A stretch of 64,000 bases of DNA from an uncultured bacterium (GTDB lineage Bacteria > Verrucomicrobiota > Verrucomicrobiia > Limisphaerales > UBA8199), in contig CAVVMW010000013.1 in the NCBI GenBank assembly GCA_963749495.1, positions 16,299-80,298 on the forward strand, given 5' to 3'. Of the stretch, positions 1 to 11,000 are shown piece after piece (position 1 is the stretch's first letter; every line of letters begins with the position of its first letter). The notes beneath the pieces were generated by a model. That model was not told the DNA's origin. It did not search any database and saw only the letters and a program-made list of their open reading frames with translations. Both the position numbers and the translations under genes were made by a program.

Positions 1-299
1 GACCGGCGCCTCAATCGGCCAATGTGCAGTTGGTGATCGCCGATGTCGCCCGCCTGGAAGCCGAGATGGGTTTGGGGGCGGAGGCGTTGTCCACCGTGGT
101 TGCCGCAAGCCAACGGGCAGCGGCCCTGAGCCTGTTCGCCCCGGATGTCGGCCGGCGGTTGGCCCGCAGCCTTGGGGGGACCGCCGCCGTGGGCGCCGCA
201 CGTGGGGCCGCCGATGACACGATCCAATACTTCGTCTTGGTGGGCATCGCCCAGGAATTGTCGCGGCCGGGACTGACCGACCCTGCTTGGCGGGACTGA
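1..299 (+). CDS. 3' end of a hypothetical protein running in from the left edge
   Basis: Open frame from the window edge to TGA at 297-299; no recognisable motif. Confidence 0.3.
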   Translation, partial: PAPQSANVQLVIADVARLEAEMGLGAEALSTVVAASQRAAALSLFAPDVGRRLARSLGGTAAVGAARGAADDTIQYFVLVGIAQELSRPGLTDPAWRD

Positions 300-401
300 C
301 TCCGGCCTGAGACACGCAAAAGCCTGCTCGTTCCGCACAACCAGTTCATTGCGGAACTTCGTCTTGGTCGCGGAGGATCATGTGGATAGTCTTGTTCAAA
401 C

Positions 402-2528
402 ATGAGAATCAAGAGCAGGGTAACGAATGGCCTGTTGGCCGCGCTGGCGGCCTTGACCCACATTTCTGCGGCGCAGGCCGGTGACTACTACGTTGCCACG
501 AATGGGAACGACGCAAATCCAGGCACGCTGGCCAGGCCTTTTGCCACGTTGTCAAAGGCGCAGCAGGCCGCGCGAAACGCGGTAGGGCGCGAAGCGGTGA
601 CGATCTTCATCCGGGAGGGAACTTATTACCTGCCGGAAACCTTGATCTTCACCGCCGAGGATTCCGGCACGAAGGCCGCGCCGGTCATGTACCAGGCGTA
701 CGGGAAGGAGCAGGCGGTGATCAGCGGTGGTGTCCGGCTGGAACGCCTTAAATGGGAGATCTACAAGGATGGCATCATGCAGGCGAAGGTGCCCGCGGGC
801 TTTGCCACGGACCAGCTTTTCGTCAACGGCGAACGCCAACCCCTGGCACGGTATCCGAACTTTGATCCCAGGGAGCGCCACTTCAACGGCTGGGCGAAAG
901 ATGCATTCAGTCCACAGCGGGCGGCGCGATGGCAAAACCCTGCCGGCGGATTCATCCATGCCCTGCATGCCGCCGAGTGGGGCGGCATGCATTATGTCAT
1001 CACCGGCAAAGATGCGGACAATAAGGTCACTTACGAAGGCGGCTGGCAGAACAACCGCCCGATGGGCATGCACGACATCCGTTTCGTGGAGAACATTTTC
1101 GAGGAACTGGATGCTCCGGGCGAGTGGTTCCTGGATGCGAAGAATAGCCTCCTCTACTTCTATCCGCCGCCGGGCACTGACCTAACCACGGCGCTTATCG
1201 AAGCGGTCCGCCTGCGGCACTTGGTCGAGTTCCGCGGCACGGAGCAGGCCCCAGTGCGGTTCGTCAGCCTCAAAGGGCTCACCTTCTGCCACGCCGCGCG
1301 CACCTTCATGGAGAACAAGGAACCGCTGGTGCGCAGTGACTGGACCACGTACCGTGGCGGCGCCCTCTTCTACACCGGCACCGAGGATTGTTCGTTGGAG
1401 GATTGCTTTATCGACCAAGTGGGCGGCAACGCCGTGTTCGTGAACAACTACAATCGCAGGGTCACGGTCCGGGGCTGTCACATCGCAAAGGCTGGCGCTA
1501 ACGGCGTGGCGTTCGTCGGCGATCGCGACTCCGCCCGGGTTCCGCGTGATTGGAACGACCATTCCCAATCGCTCCAGAAACTCGACCGCACACCCGGCCC
1601 CAGGACTGCCAACTACCCGGCGGACTGTCTGGTGGACGATTGCCTGATCTACCTCTCGGGCCGTGTTGAAAAGCAGACCGCCCCGGTGCAGATTGAGTTG
1701 TCGCGAGGCATTACCGTCCGTCACTGCTCCCTTTATGACGTGCCACGCGCCGGCGTCAATATCGGTGATGGTTGCTGGGGCGGTCATGTGATCGAGTTCT
1801 GCGACGTTTTCGACACGGTCAACGAGACCGGCGACCACGGCTCGTTCAACTCCTGGGGCCGTGACCGCTTCTGGGGGTTGGCGGGCCTGGATCTGAACCA
1901 CGACCAGGCCTGGGAAGCCAACAAAGATGTCGTGCTTCTGGACGCGGTTGAAACGACCATCCTGCGCAACAACCGCTGGCGCTGCGATCATGGCTGGGAC
2001 ATCGACCTCGATGACGGCTCCTCGAATTACGAAATCCGCAACAACCTCTGCCTCAATGGCGGCCTCAAGAACCGCGAGGGCTTCTACCGCGTCGTCGAGA
2101 ACAACATCATGGTCAACAACGGCTTTCACCCCCATGTCTGGTACAAGCACAGCCAGGACATTGTCCGCCGCAATATCATGTTCACCGATCACTACCTGCC
2201 CGCGGGCGGCATGCCGGCCGACGCGTGGGGAAAGGAGATGGACAATAACTTCGTCCACGTCGAGGGGGTGACGGTGCCGGAACCGGCCAAGAAACTCGCC
2301 GAACAATCCAAGCGTGACGCCCATTCGATCGCCGCCGACGCCATGTTCGTTGATCCAGCCAACGGCGATTTCCGCGTGCGGGAAGGGTCACCGGCACTGA
2401 AACTGGGGTTTGTGAACTTCCCGATGGACCAGTTCGGTGTGCAGAAGCCGGAGTTGAGGGCTATTGCCCGCACCCCGGAAATGCCCAAACTTCGCCGCCC
2501 CGACAGGTCCGCCAGGAAGGCAAATTAG
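402..2528 (+). CDS. Secreted right-handed beta-helix protein, GH141-like glycoside hydrolase; C-terminal PDZ domain apparently absent
   Basis: Signal peptide; YVATNGNDANPGTLARPFATL, ENIFEELDAPGEWFLD, ETGDHGSFNSWGRDRFW, WDIDLDDGSSNY motifs typical of this beta-helix family. Confidence 0.75.
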   Translation: MRIKSRVTNGLLAALAALTHISAAQAGDYYVATNGNDANPGTLARPFATLSKAQQAARNAVGREAVTIFIREGTYYLPETLIFTAEDSGTKAAPVMYQAYGKEQAVISGGVRLERLKWEIYKDGIMQAKVPAGFATDQLFVNGERQPLARYPNFDPRERHFNGWAKDAFSPQRAARWQNPAGGFIHALHAAEWGGMHYVITGKDADNKVTYEGGWQNNRPMGMHDIRFVENIFEELDAPGEWFLDAKNSLLYFYPPPGTDLTTALIEAVRLRHLVEFRGTEQAPVRFVSLKGLTFCHAARTFMENKEPLVRSDWTTYRGGALFYTGTEDCSLEDCFIDQVGGNAVFVNNYNRRVTVRGCHIAKAGANGVAFVGDRDSARVPRDWNDHSQSLQKLDRTPGPRTANYPADCLVDDCLIYLSGRVEKQTAPVQIELSRGITVRHCSLYDVPRAGVNIGDGCWGGHVIEFCDVFDTVNETGDHGSFNSWGRDRFWGLAGLDLNHDQAWEANKDVVLLDAVETTILRNNRWRCDHGWDIDLDDGSSNYEIRNNLCLNGGLKNREGFYRVVENNIMVNNGFHPHVWYKHSQDIVRRNIMFTDHYLPAGGMPADAWGKEMDNNFVHVEGVTVPEPAKKLAEQSKRDAHSIAADAMFVDPANGDFRVREGSPALKLGFVNFPMDQFGVQKPELRAIARTPEMPKLRRPDRSARKAN

Positions 2529-2607
2529 GTCAAGCCAGGCAATCTCGAATGCAACTTCATGTCGCGATTGACGCTCCGCGGTTCAACGACCTTGGGCGGA
2601 AGCCAAC

Positions 2608-4257
2608 CTATTCTGCCGCTGCTTGTCGTGTGGCGATGGGGACATACCCTGCCTCCAAGCCTCGCGGCGGGCTTACGATCAAGGCCGGGTCAATATCCGC
2701 CAATCTTCCAACCGTCGGTGGCGGAAGGTAGTCCCGGTCCTTTTTCCAGTTCCGGTGGAGTTTTTCCACCCGCGCCTGCAGGCTCTCCCGCTCTTTATCC
2801 GTTAAATCGGCGTTGAGTAATGCCGGTTGGTCGGCGAATCGATACCAGTAGTACGTTACCACGCTACGGTCCCCCAGGTGCGCCTGGAAAGGTCCTGCCA
2901 CGGGCCCGGGCTTCTTCCAGCAACTCTTGGCATCTTCGGGAGTGACGTAGGGTTCGGGGCGATCCTCGCGGGGCCGATCAAAGCGAGCCTGGACCAGGCC
3001 TGTTTCAGCCGGAACGTCTTCAGGTCGTATCGCAGCCCACTCCGCTTTCTTATTATCATTAGTCACCAGGTGATAGTATTCGGGGAGCCTCACCAGCGAG
3101 CCATCCTTGGAATCGTTTGCCGCAACCAGTTGGTAGTTCCACCGGTAGCCGAAGGTACTTGAATCAAGTGCGATGGGAGTCGCAAAAGACTTCCAGGCCA
3201 GAGGCACCTTTTTTTCATTGGGGGTAGAGGGCGTATAAATCCTCCAGGTTGCCCCCCCGCGTCCGGGAAAGGTGTGCAGACTGGCCTCTCGGGAATCAAT
3301 GGCGCCGCTGGCCGGGCCACCGCCTTCAAACCAGGTCTTCACGGCATCCCAGAGCGCCTTCTTGCTGTAGGAGGTGACGCGGTGCACTAACACCGAGTCG
3401 CCTCCCAGCCCTCGGGGGAACGAGGTGGGGGCGATTCGGGCGTAGGTCTCCCCTTTCCCGTCGATGGACTGGATACTGGGGACGTACTGGGTTTCCATCT
3501 GTAAAGCCCTGTTGGGTTGGGAGGGACGCGTGTCCAGAAGCATTCCAGCCAGGCGAGGGTCGGCAAGCGCCGCGTGGGACCAGAAGTAGGGGGTGAAGAA
3601 GGCAACCGGGCCTTTGAAATTTCGCGTGTTCAGAAACAAGGTCCAACAGTTGTCTCCTGTAGGCACGTTTTTCCCAGAGGTGGTGGATTTGGCCGCGGTG
3701 AGCGGAAGCGGCAGGTACCCGTAGCCGACCAGTTCACCGCAGGTGCCTTGTTTCAGATTCAGCCCATCGGCGGGCCACAGCAACCAGGGACTCAGTTGTG
3801 CCACACCGTACTGGCCTTTCGGGTCATCCCAGTTCCTTCCTTGGCCGGCCCCGGGTCCGTTGGCCCATTCACTGAAATTCGGAGCGACCCCACCCATGAT
3901 GAACTTCGGCGTTTCGGTGGCAAACCGCGTGTCAGTCCACCAGCCCAGACCGCCCTCGATATCGGAATACATATTGGTGGGGGCGCGCCCGTCATACTGG
4001 GCGAACATCCACGTGCCGAACAGGCCTGTTTGAAAACGGTGCCCGGGATATTCCCGCAATAAAGGCCAGGCGGCTACGTACATGGAGAAGCCGGCGTTAT
4101 ACGTCTCTTGCACTTTTTCGTTCGGGACGAGCAGGTATCCGGCCATCTCCCCTTCCTGAAGCTTATCCCAGGCGCCCATCAGGGGTGAAAGGGGCAAGAC
4201 CAGCCCGAGGGCCAGGCACGAAGCGACCAATGTGAAGAACTTTCTTTTCACCATCAT
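2608..4257 (-). CDS. Secreted hypothetical protein (~549 aa), Trp/Gly/Tyr-rich, function unknown
   Basis: Start reassigned to ATG 4257 (MMVKRKFFTLVASCLALGLVL signal peptide, AAGGAG upstream); long intact ORF. Confidence 0.75.
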   Translation of the reverse strand: MMVKRKFFTLVASCLALGLVLPLSPLMGAWDKLQEGEMAGYLLVPNEKVQETYNAGFSMYVAAWPLLREYPGHRFQTGLFGTWMFAQYDGRAPTNMYSDIEGGLGWWTDTRFATETPKFIMGGVAPNFSEWANGPGAGQGRNWDDPKGQYGVAQLSPWLLWPADGLNLKQGTCGELVGYGYLPLPLTAAKSTTSGKNVPTGDNCWTLFLNTRNFKGPVAFFTPYFWSHAALADPRLAGMLLDTRPSQPNRALQMETQYVPSIQSIDGKGETYARIAPTSFPRGLGGDSVLVHRVTSYSKKALWDAVKTWFEGGGPASGAIDSREASLHTFPGRGGATWRIYTPSTPNEKKVPLAWKSFATPIALDSSTFGYRWNYQLVAANDSKDGSLVRLPEYYHLVTNDNKKAEWAAIRPEDVPAETGLVQARFDRPREDRPEPYVTPEDAKSCWKKPGPVAGPFQAHLGDRSVVTYYWYRFADQPALLNADLTDKERESLQARVEKLHRNWKKDRDYLPPPTVGRLADIDPALIVSPPRGLEAGYVPIATRQAAAE

Positions 4258-4402
4258 ATTGAAATTGCTCCTTGACGCTCCGCGTTTCACAGGCAATTGC
4301 TTCTCGATCGAGTTCATTGGCGGTGATTGTCTGGCCATGTCCGCTCGGAGGGCAAGCGCTTTGTGGTGGTTTCCGGCGTTGGCGGCCCTTGTCCGGTGAA
4401 CT

Positions 4403-4668
4403 TCATTTAACGAAAAGCCAGTATGGCAACGTGAAGTATTCGGTGACCTCGTCGCGTCCGATTCGTCGGTCGCCGTCGCGGTCAAACTGAAGCATGGCCG
4501 TCCAGAAAGGTTCCGGGTCCAACTCTGCGTCTCCGCGGCCGCCCTGCATGGATACCGAGACGAAGAGTAGTCCGTCGCCCGCGACGGGCACGGCGATGGG
4601 TTCGCGGGCAAACCCGCTCACATACCATCGCTCCGCGCCCGTGGCCGGATCGTAGCCATAAACCCGTC
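4403..4668 (-). pseudogene. Internal fragment of a PQQ-like beta-propeller protein with an EF-hand-like loop
   Basis: [15 protein letters not shown] propeller blade; DRDGDRRIGRDE EF-hand-like; no native start or end. Confidence 0.55.
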
Positions 4669-4902
4669 CACATCGCACAGCGCGACAATGTTGCCGCCCG
4701 CGCGGCTGACATCCATAAGGTCAAAGTAACCCTGACCTCCGACACCGATGCCGGCCACGTTGAGGGTTTCGCTCGGTGGTGTTTTGCCGGGACCGCCCAG
4801 CACGTGGCGCGGCACTATCGTAAACGCCGTCACGGTCGCTGCGGCGGCAATGAACTTGCGCCTTGTGATTCTCGAACGGCAGCTTTTCGTCCTGGTCTTC
4901 AT
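4665..4902 (-). pseudogene. N-terminal fragment of a Tat-exported Gfo/Idh/MocA oxidoreductase
   Basis: TRRKFI Tat motif, [12 protein letters not shown]ossmann motif, IVALCDVD, then similarity stops abruptly. Confidence 0.75.
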
Positions 4903-4984
4903 ATTACTCAATCCTCAACTTCTTGATGGCATCGGTGTCATACAGCTTGGCGGAGAACTCCGCCAGCAACGCCCGGCCCTCCTC

Positions 4985-5621
4985 TGTAGACGTAGAGTTG
5001 GCCTTTTCCGGTCTCGTAGGAATGGTACACCACCGCGGCCTCGCCTTCCATCCAGCGCGGGTAGGCATACCAGATTGGCTTCCCTTCCTTGTTGGCAATC
5101 GCCTTCACGTTTGTGATCGTGCGCTTCTTCGGGTCGAAGTCCGCGATGTAGAGCGTTCGCCCCGGGTCTTTGTACTCGAATCCCGTCTGGAACTCGAAGC
5201 AGACCTTCGTCTCGCTGGGGGACACGCTGATGCGGTCCAGCAGGCCCTTCTTCGCCAATTCGCAGTCAATGCGTTCATAGAGGGGCTTTCCGCCGACATG
5301 ACGTGTCATCAGGTAATAGCCCCAGCCTTGGGTCGGGTGTGCGGACGACACCAGAATCCTGCCGTTCGTGAGGCTCGAGCAGGCCCAGGTGTGGTGGCTG
5401 TCATCGCTGATGGCGACCTCCTGGCCAGGTTGGTTGCGCACCTGGCTCCGCATCACGAAGAAGCCGCCTGTTTTGGGGTTCTTCCGGTTCCAGATTGGGG
5501 TGTTGAGCCCGTCCCGGGTCCAGGTTGGGTTGAAGTTCGCGACGGTGGCATCGGTCAATTGGTGAAATCCCGTGCCGTCCACGTTGATGATGCAAATGGC
5601 GCTCAGCCAGTTGACCGTCAC
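4985..5621 (-). pseudogene. TolB-like beta-propeller fragment, joined at ~4985 to the last ~27 codons of an unrelated gene (4904-4990)
   Basis: INVDGTGFHQLT, NFNPTWTRDG, ISVSPSETKVCF, YPRW...VVYHS...GQLYVY repeats; no signal peptide. Confidence 0.6.
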
Positions 5622-5739
5622 GGGATCGTCTTTGTATCGGCGGAAGAAGACGAGTTTTTGTGGTGGGATGCAGCCCAGGTACTATTACCATGCGCAGGTT
5701 CACGTGTTCCGTTCTCCTGAATTGTGCCTCGGCCGTCCC

Positions 5740-6219
5740 TCATTTCGCCAGCAATTCCTTCATTGCTTTGCCCAGCGCATCGCCGATGAGGAAATAGGTC
5801 TCCCCATTCTTGAACTCGTGATAGCCCTCCTGGGTCGGTGAAACTCCGTGTCGGCACCCAAACTCGCTAACGTCATAGACCCACACATCGTTTCGCCTCT
5901 CCGCCCAATCCCCGTTCGCATCCACCCAGTGCTTAAGCAGTAGAGCCTTCGCAGGATCTTTCAGCATGGAGATGAGCGTGGCAGGTTTCTCTTTGCCGTC
6001 CTTGTCCTTCATAGTCACGAGGCCCTGTCCCTGCATATTCGACTGACCGGCGAGGATGAACACTTTGACTGGGCTGCTCCCGGTTTGCTTCGGTGCCCGG
6101 CCAGCGGCGGGCGGCTGGCCCAGGACGGATGACGTGAGAAAAGCCAAGGCAGCGGCGGCGAAAGCGCCTATTTTGATCATTTCAGGTTTCATAAATGCCA
6201 GTGTCAGTTTTGTTCTCAT
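5740..6219 (-). pseudogene. Sialate O-acetylesterase (SASA/SGNH) family protein with a large in-frame internal deletion
   Basis: VKVFILAGQSNM N-terminal motif joined at ~5845 directly to the C-terminal SP...YH...NGETYFLIGDALG; central GPE/WGG/WxQG motifs missing; only 159 aa. Confidence 0.7.
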
Positions 6220-6253
6220 TTGTCAGGCTTCGTCTTTTGGATGGCGGGCAGAC

Positions 6254-6322
6254 TCATTTGTCCGGGAAGAACCGGGCCTCGGCCCAGGAGCAGGCCAAAT
6301 GGGTTAGCAACTGGGTTTTCAT
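6254..6322 (-). pseudogene. Collapsed 22-codon gene remnant (signal-peptide start fused to an NPCBM-like end)
   Basis: Translates to MKTQLLTHLACSWAEARFFPDK*; WAEARF resembles the end of NPCBM/NEW2 domains. Confidence 0.35.
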
Positions 6323-6348
6323 TTGCTCGCAGGCGGCCTATTTCAGGT

Positions 6349-7947
6349 TCATCGCGCGCAACCGCAAGACGAGGCACCGCACGCGGCCGCTTTCCGGGCG
6401 GCCAGTCTTTCTTCGATGGCCAGCGATGTCCGGGTAATGGACAGTCCGCCGAGAGCGGTACAGCGCAACTCCCTGGGCATCTGGCTGCCGACCCGTTGCG
6501 CCGTCTCAATGACTTCATCGAGCGGAATGACGGGATCGTAGTCGGCCAGGGCCATGTTCGCGCAGGAGAGCGCGTTGCTGGCCGCCAACACGTTCTTGCC
6601 GAGGCAGGGCACTTCGACGCGGTTGGCCACCGGGTCGCAGATCAGCCCGAGCATGCTTTGGAACGCCATCGACGCCCCAGCCAGCGCCTGCGACAGGGTT
6701 CCGTTTGCCAGCGTCACGAGCGCGGCGGCTGCCATGCTGGCAGCAGAACCGCCTTCCGCCTGACAGCCCCCAATTTCAGCCGCAAATGTCCACTTTGTGG
6801 CGATGAAGGCGCCGATGAGGCCGCTGGCCAGCATCGCCTTCGCCATCTCTTCCTCCGCTAAGCCCATTTCCTCGGCGAGGGCGATCACGGCTCCCGGCAG
6901 CGCGGCGCACGCGCCGGCAGTAGGCGCGGCCACGATGACGCCCATGGAACTCTTGACCTCCATCAGCGCGGTGACGTACAGCACGATGCGATTGAGCGCG
7001 CCACCGTTGAGCAGGCGGCCGCTACGCATCATCGCTTCGAACTCGCCGGATTGATGACCCAGAACGCGGTCATCGTATTTCGTGCCCGCGATGCCCTCTT
7101 GAATGGAGCGGCGAAGGATGCCGACAATCTCCACCATCTTGGCGATCACCTCCACTTCGGTCAGATGCCCGCGCGCTTTTTCATATTCCACCGCCAGTTC
7201 CCAGAGCGGCGTGTTCCGCCCGGCGTCATAGCGCAACATTTCCTCGCACGTCGTGAAGGGGACGGACATGCCTCTGTGCGAGAGGACCGGAAGCACGGGG
7301 CTCAGCCGCCTAACTCGGCGAATCGCGAAGGTGTTTTGCAGCCCACCGATGGCCGTTTCCCCCACAAACCCCGGGGCCTTCACCTCCACCAACTGTCCGT
7401 CGGCCGATTCGTGCAGCAGGATTTCCTCCGCCTCTTCGAGCGCGGCCAACCGCTGCGCCAGCTTCTCTCCGCCGCTCTGGACCCACAACAACGTCTCGCA
7501 GCAGTCGCCCAAGATGGAAAGCCTAAAGCCATCAATGGCGATGACCTCCATCATGCCGCCCCCCGTGGAGATGGCGATGATCGAATGTTGGTCGCCCCGC
7601 GCGCTGCGAAGCGTGAGCCGATAAGTGTTGGGATGCGCGTCGTGAGCGTCCACCGTCTCGATCCGGAGGGTGACGCCCGCATCGCGCAGCGCCCGCGGGG
7701 ACTCGGGCAGACGCGCATCCGCCGCGTCCCACCCCAGCAGGCCGCCAAACAATCCCATGTCCGACCCCTGGCTCTCGTGCGTGGTGGGTAGCGAACCTTG
7801 ACGATCGAACTCCACCAGGACCTCCTGGAAGTCGGCGCCCATCAAGTCGCGCGCCAGCCGCCCGATGCGCAAGGCCGCGGCGCAGTGTGAACTCGAAGGC
7901 CCGCGCATGACGGGGCCGATGACATCGTTGAAAATGCTGACTATCAT
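6349..7947 (-). CDS. sdaA: Fe-S-dependent L-serine dehydratase, fused beta+alpha subunits
   Basis: SIFNDVIGPVMRGPSSSH, HPNT, STGGG, IVAAPTAGAC, GGCQAEGG, LGLICDPV, VEVPC, ELRCTALGG. Confidence 0.9.
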   Translation of the reverse strand: MIVSIFNDVIGPVMRGPSSSHCAAALRIGRLARDLMGADFQEVLVEFDRQGSLPTTHESQGSDMGLFGGLLGWDAADARLPESPRALRDAGVTLRIETVDAHDAHPNTYRLTLRSARGDQHSIIAISTGGGMMEVIAIDGFRLSILGDCCETLLWVQSGGEKLAQRLAALEEAEEILLHESADGQLVEVKAPGFVGETAIGGLQNTFAIRRVRRLSPVLPVLSHRGMSVPFTTCEEMLRYDAGRNTPLWELAVEYEKARGHLTEVEVIAKMVEIVGILRRSIQEGIAGTKYDDRVLGHQSGEFEAMMRSGRLLNGGALNRIVLYVTALMEVKSSMGVIVAAPTAGACAALPGAVIALAEEMGLAEEEMAKAMLASGLIGAFIATKWTFAAEIGGCQAEGGSAASMAAAALVTLANGTLSQALAGASMAFQSMLGLICDPVANRVEVPCLGKNVLAASNALSCANMALADYDPVIPLDEVIETAQRVGSQMPRELRCTALGGLSITRTSLAIEERLAARKAAACGASSCGCAR

Positions 7948-8022
7948 AATGGAGACTAAGTTTGATGCGTGGGCCAATGGGTCACCGCTCCGGATGCCGT
8001 CTCTTGTTGTCGCTTGCTCGGA

Positions 8023-11000
8023 TCATTCGACCGTCCACTTGAAGGTCTCGCCTTTGGCAATTTTCACGTCCCGGCTCTCGTTCCCAAAACGCAGGCGGCA
8101 AGGATTGCCCTCTTGGGACCGGACCACCGCTTCCACGAGCATCCCGTCCCGCCATCGTATGTCCACCTCGAACCCGCCGCGGGCGCGGAGGCCGCTGACC
8201 TTTCCTTCGGCCCAGGCCTTGGGCAGCGCCGGCAGGAGGTGAATTTCCCCGGCATGGGATTGCAGCAGCATCTCGGCGATGGCGGCGGTTGCGCCGAAGG
8301 CGCCTTCCACCTGCGGAGCCGAGAAGCACATGGAGAAAAGGTTGGGGCAGGTTTGCCGGGCGACGAGGTTGGCCAGGCAGACGTTGGCATGTTCGCCCTC
8401 CAGCAGCCGCGCCCAGCACGCGGCTTTCCAAGCCATGCCAAACCCGGTGCCGGCATCGCCGCGCTGGTTCAGCGAAACCTTGGCCGCCGCCGCGAGTTCC
8501 GGAGTGCCTCGCGGCGTGATCTGCGCGCTGGGGTACACCCCGTAAAGATGCGAGATGTGCCGGTGCTTGGGCTCAAGGTCGCCCCAGTCCTGAATCCATT
8601 CCTGCAAATTGCCCAGCATGCCAACCTGCATGGGAGCGAGCAGGGCTCGGGCACGGCTGACTCTCTTGCCGAACGCCGCGTCCAGGTTCAGCACTTTTCC
8701 CGCCTCCACGCAGGCCGCGAACAAGTCACGCAGAATCTGCATATCGATCGTGGAACCGGCGCAGATGGTGGTGCCAGGCAGATCGATGCCGGTGTACGAA
8801 TCGTGATAGGCGTGGTTGCCGAACCAGGCTGGAAAATTCTCCGGCGAAGTCGAGGGACAGGTCACCAGCCATTTCGTGTCCGGATATTTCACCAACGTGT
8901 CGAGGAAGAACTCGGCCGAGCCTTTGAGCAACGGATAGACTCGGCGGAGATATCCTTTGTCTCCCGTGAAAAGATAGTGTTCCCACAGGTGGGTGCAGAG
9001 CCACGCCCCGCCGACGGAGAAGGTGCCCCAGGTTGGCCCATCCATCGGCGCGGCGGCCCGCCATTGGTCGGTATTCTGGTGAAACACCCAGCCCCGCGCC
9101 CCGTAGTGGATGGCGGCCACACGGCGGCCGGTCTCGGACAACTCCTCCACCATCCGCACCAACGGTTCCACGCACTCCGGCAAAGCGCCCACTTCGGCCG
9201 GCCAGTAGTTCATCTCCAGGTTGATGTTGGACGTGAATTTGCCCTCCCAGGCCGGGTTCATGTCTTCGTTCCAGATGCCCTGGAGGTTGGCGGGTTGACA
9301 GCCCGGACGGCTACTGCCCAGCAGCAAATAGCGGCCATACTGAAACATCAGGGCCAGGAGCTGCGGATCCTGGTGCGGATCATACGCGCGCAGGCGTTCA
9401 TCCGTCGGCCGCGTCGAGGCCTGGCTGGCGGGCAAACTCAAACTAACGCGGCGGAACAACTGCTGGTGCGCCTCGATATGCCGGGTTCGCAGCCGGTCAT
9501 AGGTTCGGCTACCGACCCAGTCTATCGACTCCTTGGCCACCTTCTCCGGATCGCCGCTCAGGTCGTCGTAGCGTTTGAAATTGGTGGCAGCGACGATGAG
9601 CAGCAGCGCCGAGTTGGCGCCCTCAACCGACACGGCGTTGGTGCTTGTCGCGAGCGTGCCGCCATCGTTCACGACTCGGACCCGGCCGACATAACGGACG
9701 CGGCCCCTGATGTCGCAGGAAGATGCCGTGGTGCCCCGCAGCACCAATTGTCCATCTGGCAAGACCTCGGTGGAGAACGTTTCATCGCCCGGCGGGTTGG
9801 TGTTCCGAATGCCTGCGAGCTTCGCGCTGAAGGAAATCGTGCCCGGCTTGTCCGCGGTCAGACGAACCACGATCACCTGGTCCACCGGGCTGGCGAAGAC
9901 CTCGCGCTGAAAAGTCACCTCGCCCACGCGATAGGAAACGTCGGCGATCGCCGTGTCGAGGTCCAGTCGGCGGCGGTAGTCGGTGGCGTTCGTGTGGCCG
10001 GAGAATTCGAGGAACAGGTTCCCCAACGGCTGATATTTCATTTGGTCCGGTTTACCCATCATCGTCTTGGCAAACAGGGCCTCGGCCTCGAAGTACTTCC
10101 CCGCAAAGACCAACCGCCGGATCTCCGGCAACGCCTTCGCCCCGCCTGGAAGAGTCGGATCATAGGGTCCGCCCGTCCAGATTGTCTGCTCGTTGAGTTG
10201 CAGGCGCTCGCTCCCGATGCCGCCGAACACCATGGCGCCCAGCCGCCCATTGCCCACCGGGAGGGCCTCGGACCATTTCGCCGCCGGCCTGGCATACCAC
10301 AGGACAGTTGCCGCCTGCTCGGAACTGATGGGCTTGAGCCGCGTCCGCCCGGCGTCTTTGACCGACGTGACCACCTTGCCCGCCACTGGTCCCCAGATTG
10401 CCTGCATCAGCTCCAGGATCTCCGGTTCGGCGCTCAACAACTCGGCGCGGTTAAAGGGGAAGAAATCGTTCTCCCCGAAGTAGGTCTCGGTCATCTCGGC
10501 GAAGAATTCTTTGTGATCAGTCAACCCGTAGTGCCGGACGCGCTCGCCGTTGAAGAGCAACGCCGCGTCGCCATGGCCGCTCTTTTTGAAGCGCTCGTAC
10601 GCTGTCAGGATGCGCGGGTCCTCGAACCCGAGCACCTGGTCGTGATAGGCGTGAGCCAGTTCGTGCAGGACGACCCACGGTTGCTCGTTGATGTTGCGCG
10701 GAGTCGCCAATTCGGCGGCCACGGGGATGTGGACGCACTGAACCAGGTTGGTCGAATAGCCGTTTTCCTCCAGCCAATCCGCGCTAGGATGATACTGCAT
10801 CGAGCTCAGCTTCCCGTGGCTGAGATCGAGCACGATGGGGACCGTCTGCAGCCTGGCCAGAGGTCCAGCCGCCACGACGGCCTTGATATCGGCCAGCTTA
10901 CACTCCAGAAATCGCAGCGCGCCCGCGCCCAGCGCTTCATTGGGCGGGGCCAGCAGGCGATCGTCCACGCGCACCGTCCAGCCTTCCACGCGGCGAATGC

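Noticed and set aside
4258..4611. N-terminal 118 aa of ORF 2608-4611
   Set aside because: Read-through over other gene fragments; signal peptide and RBS support a start at 4257.
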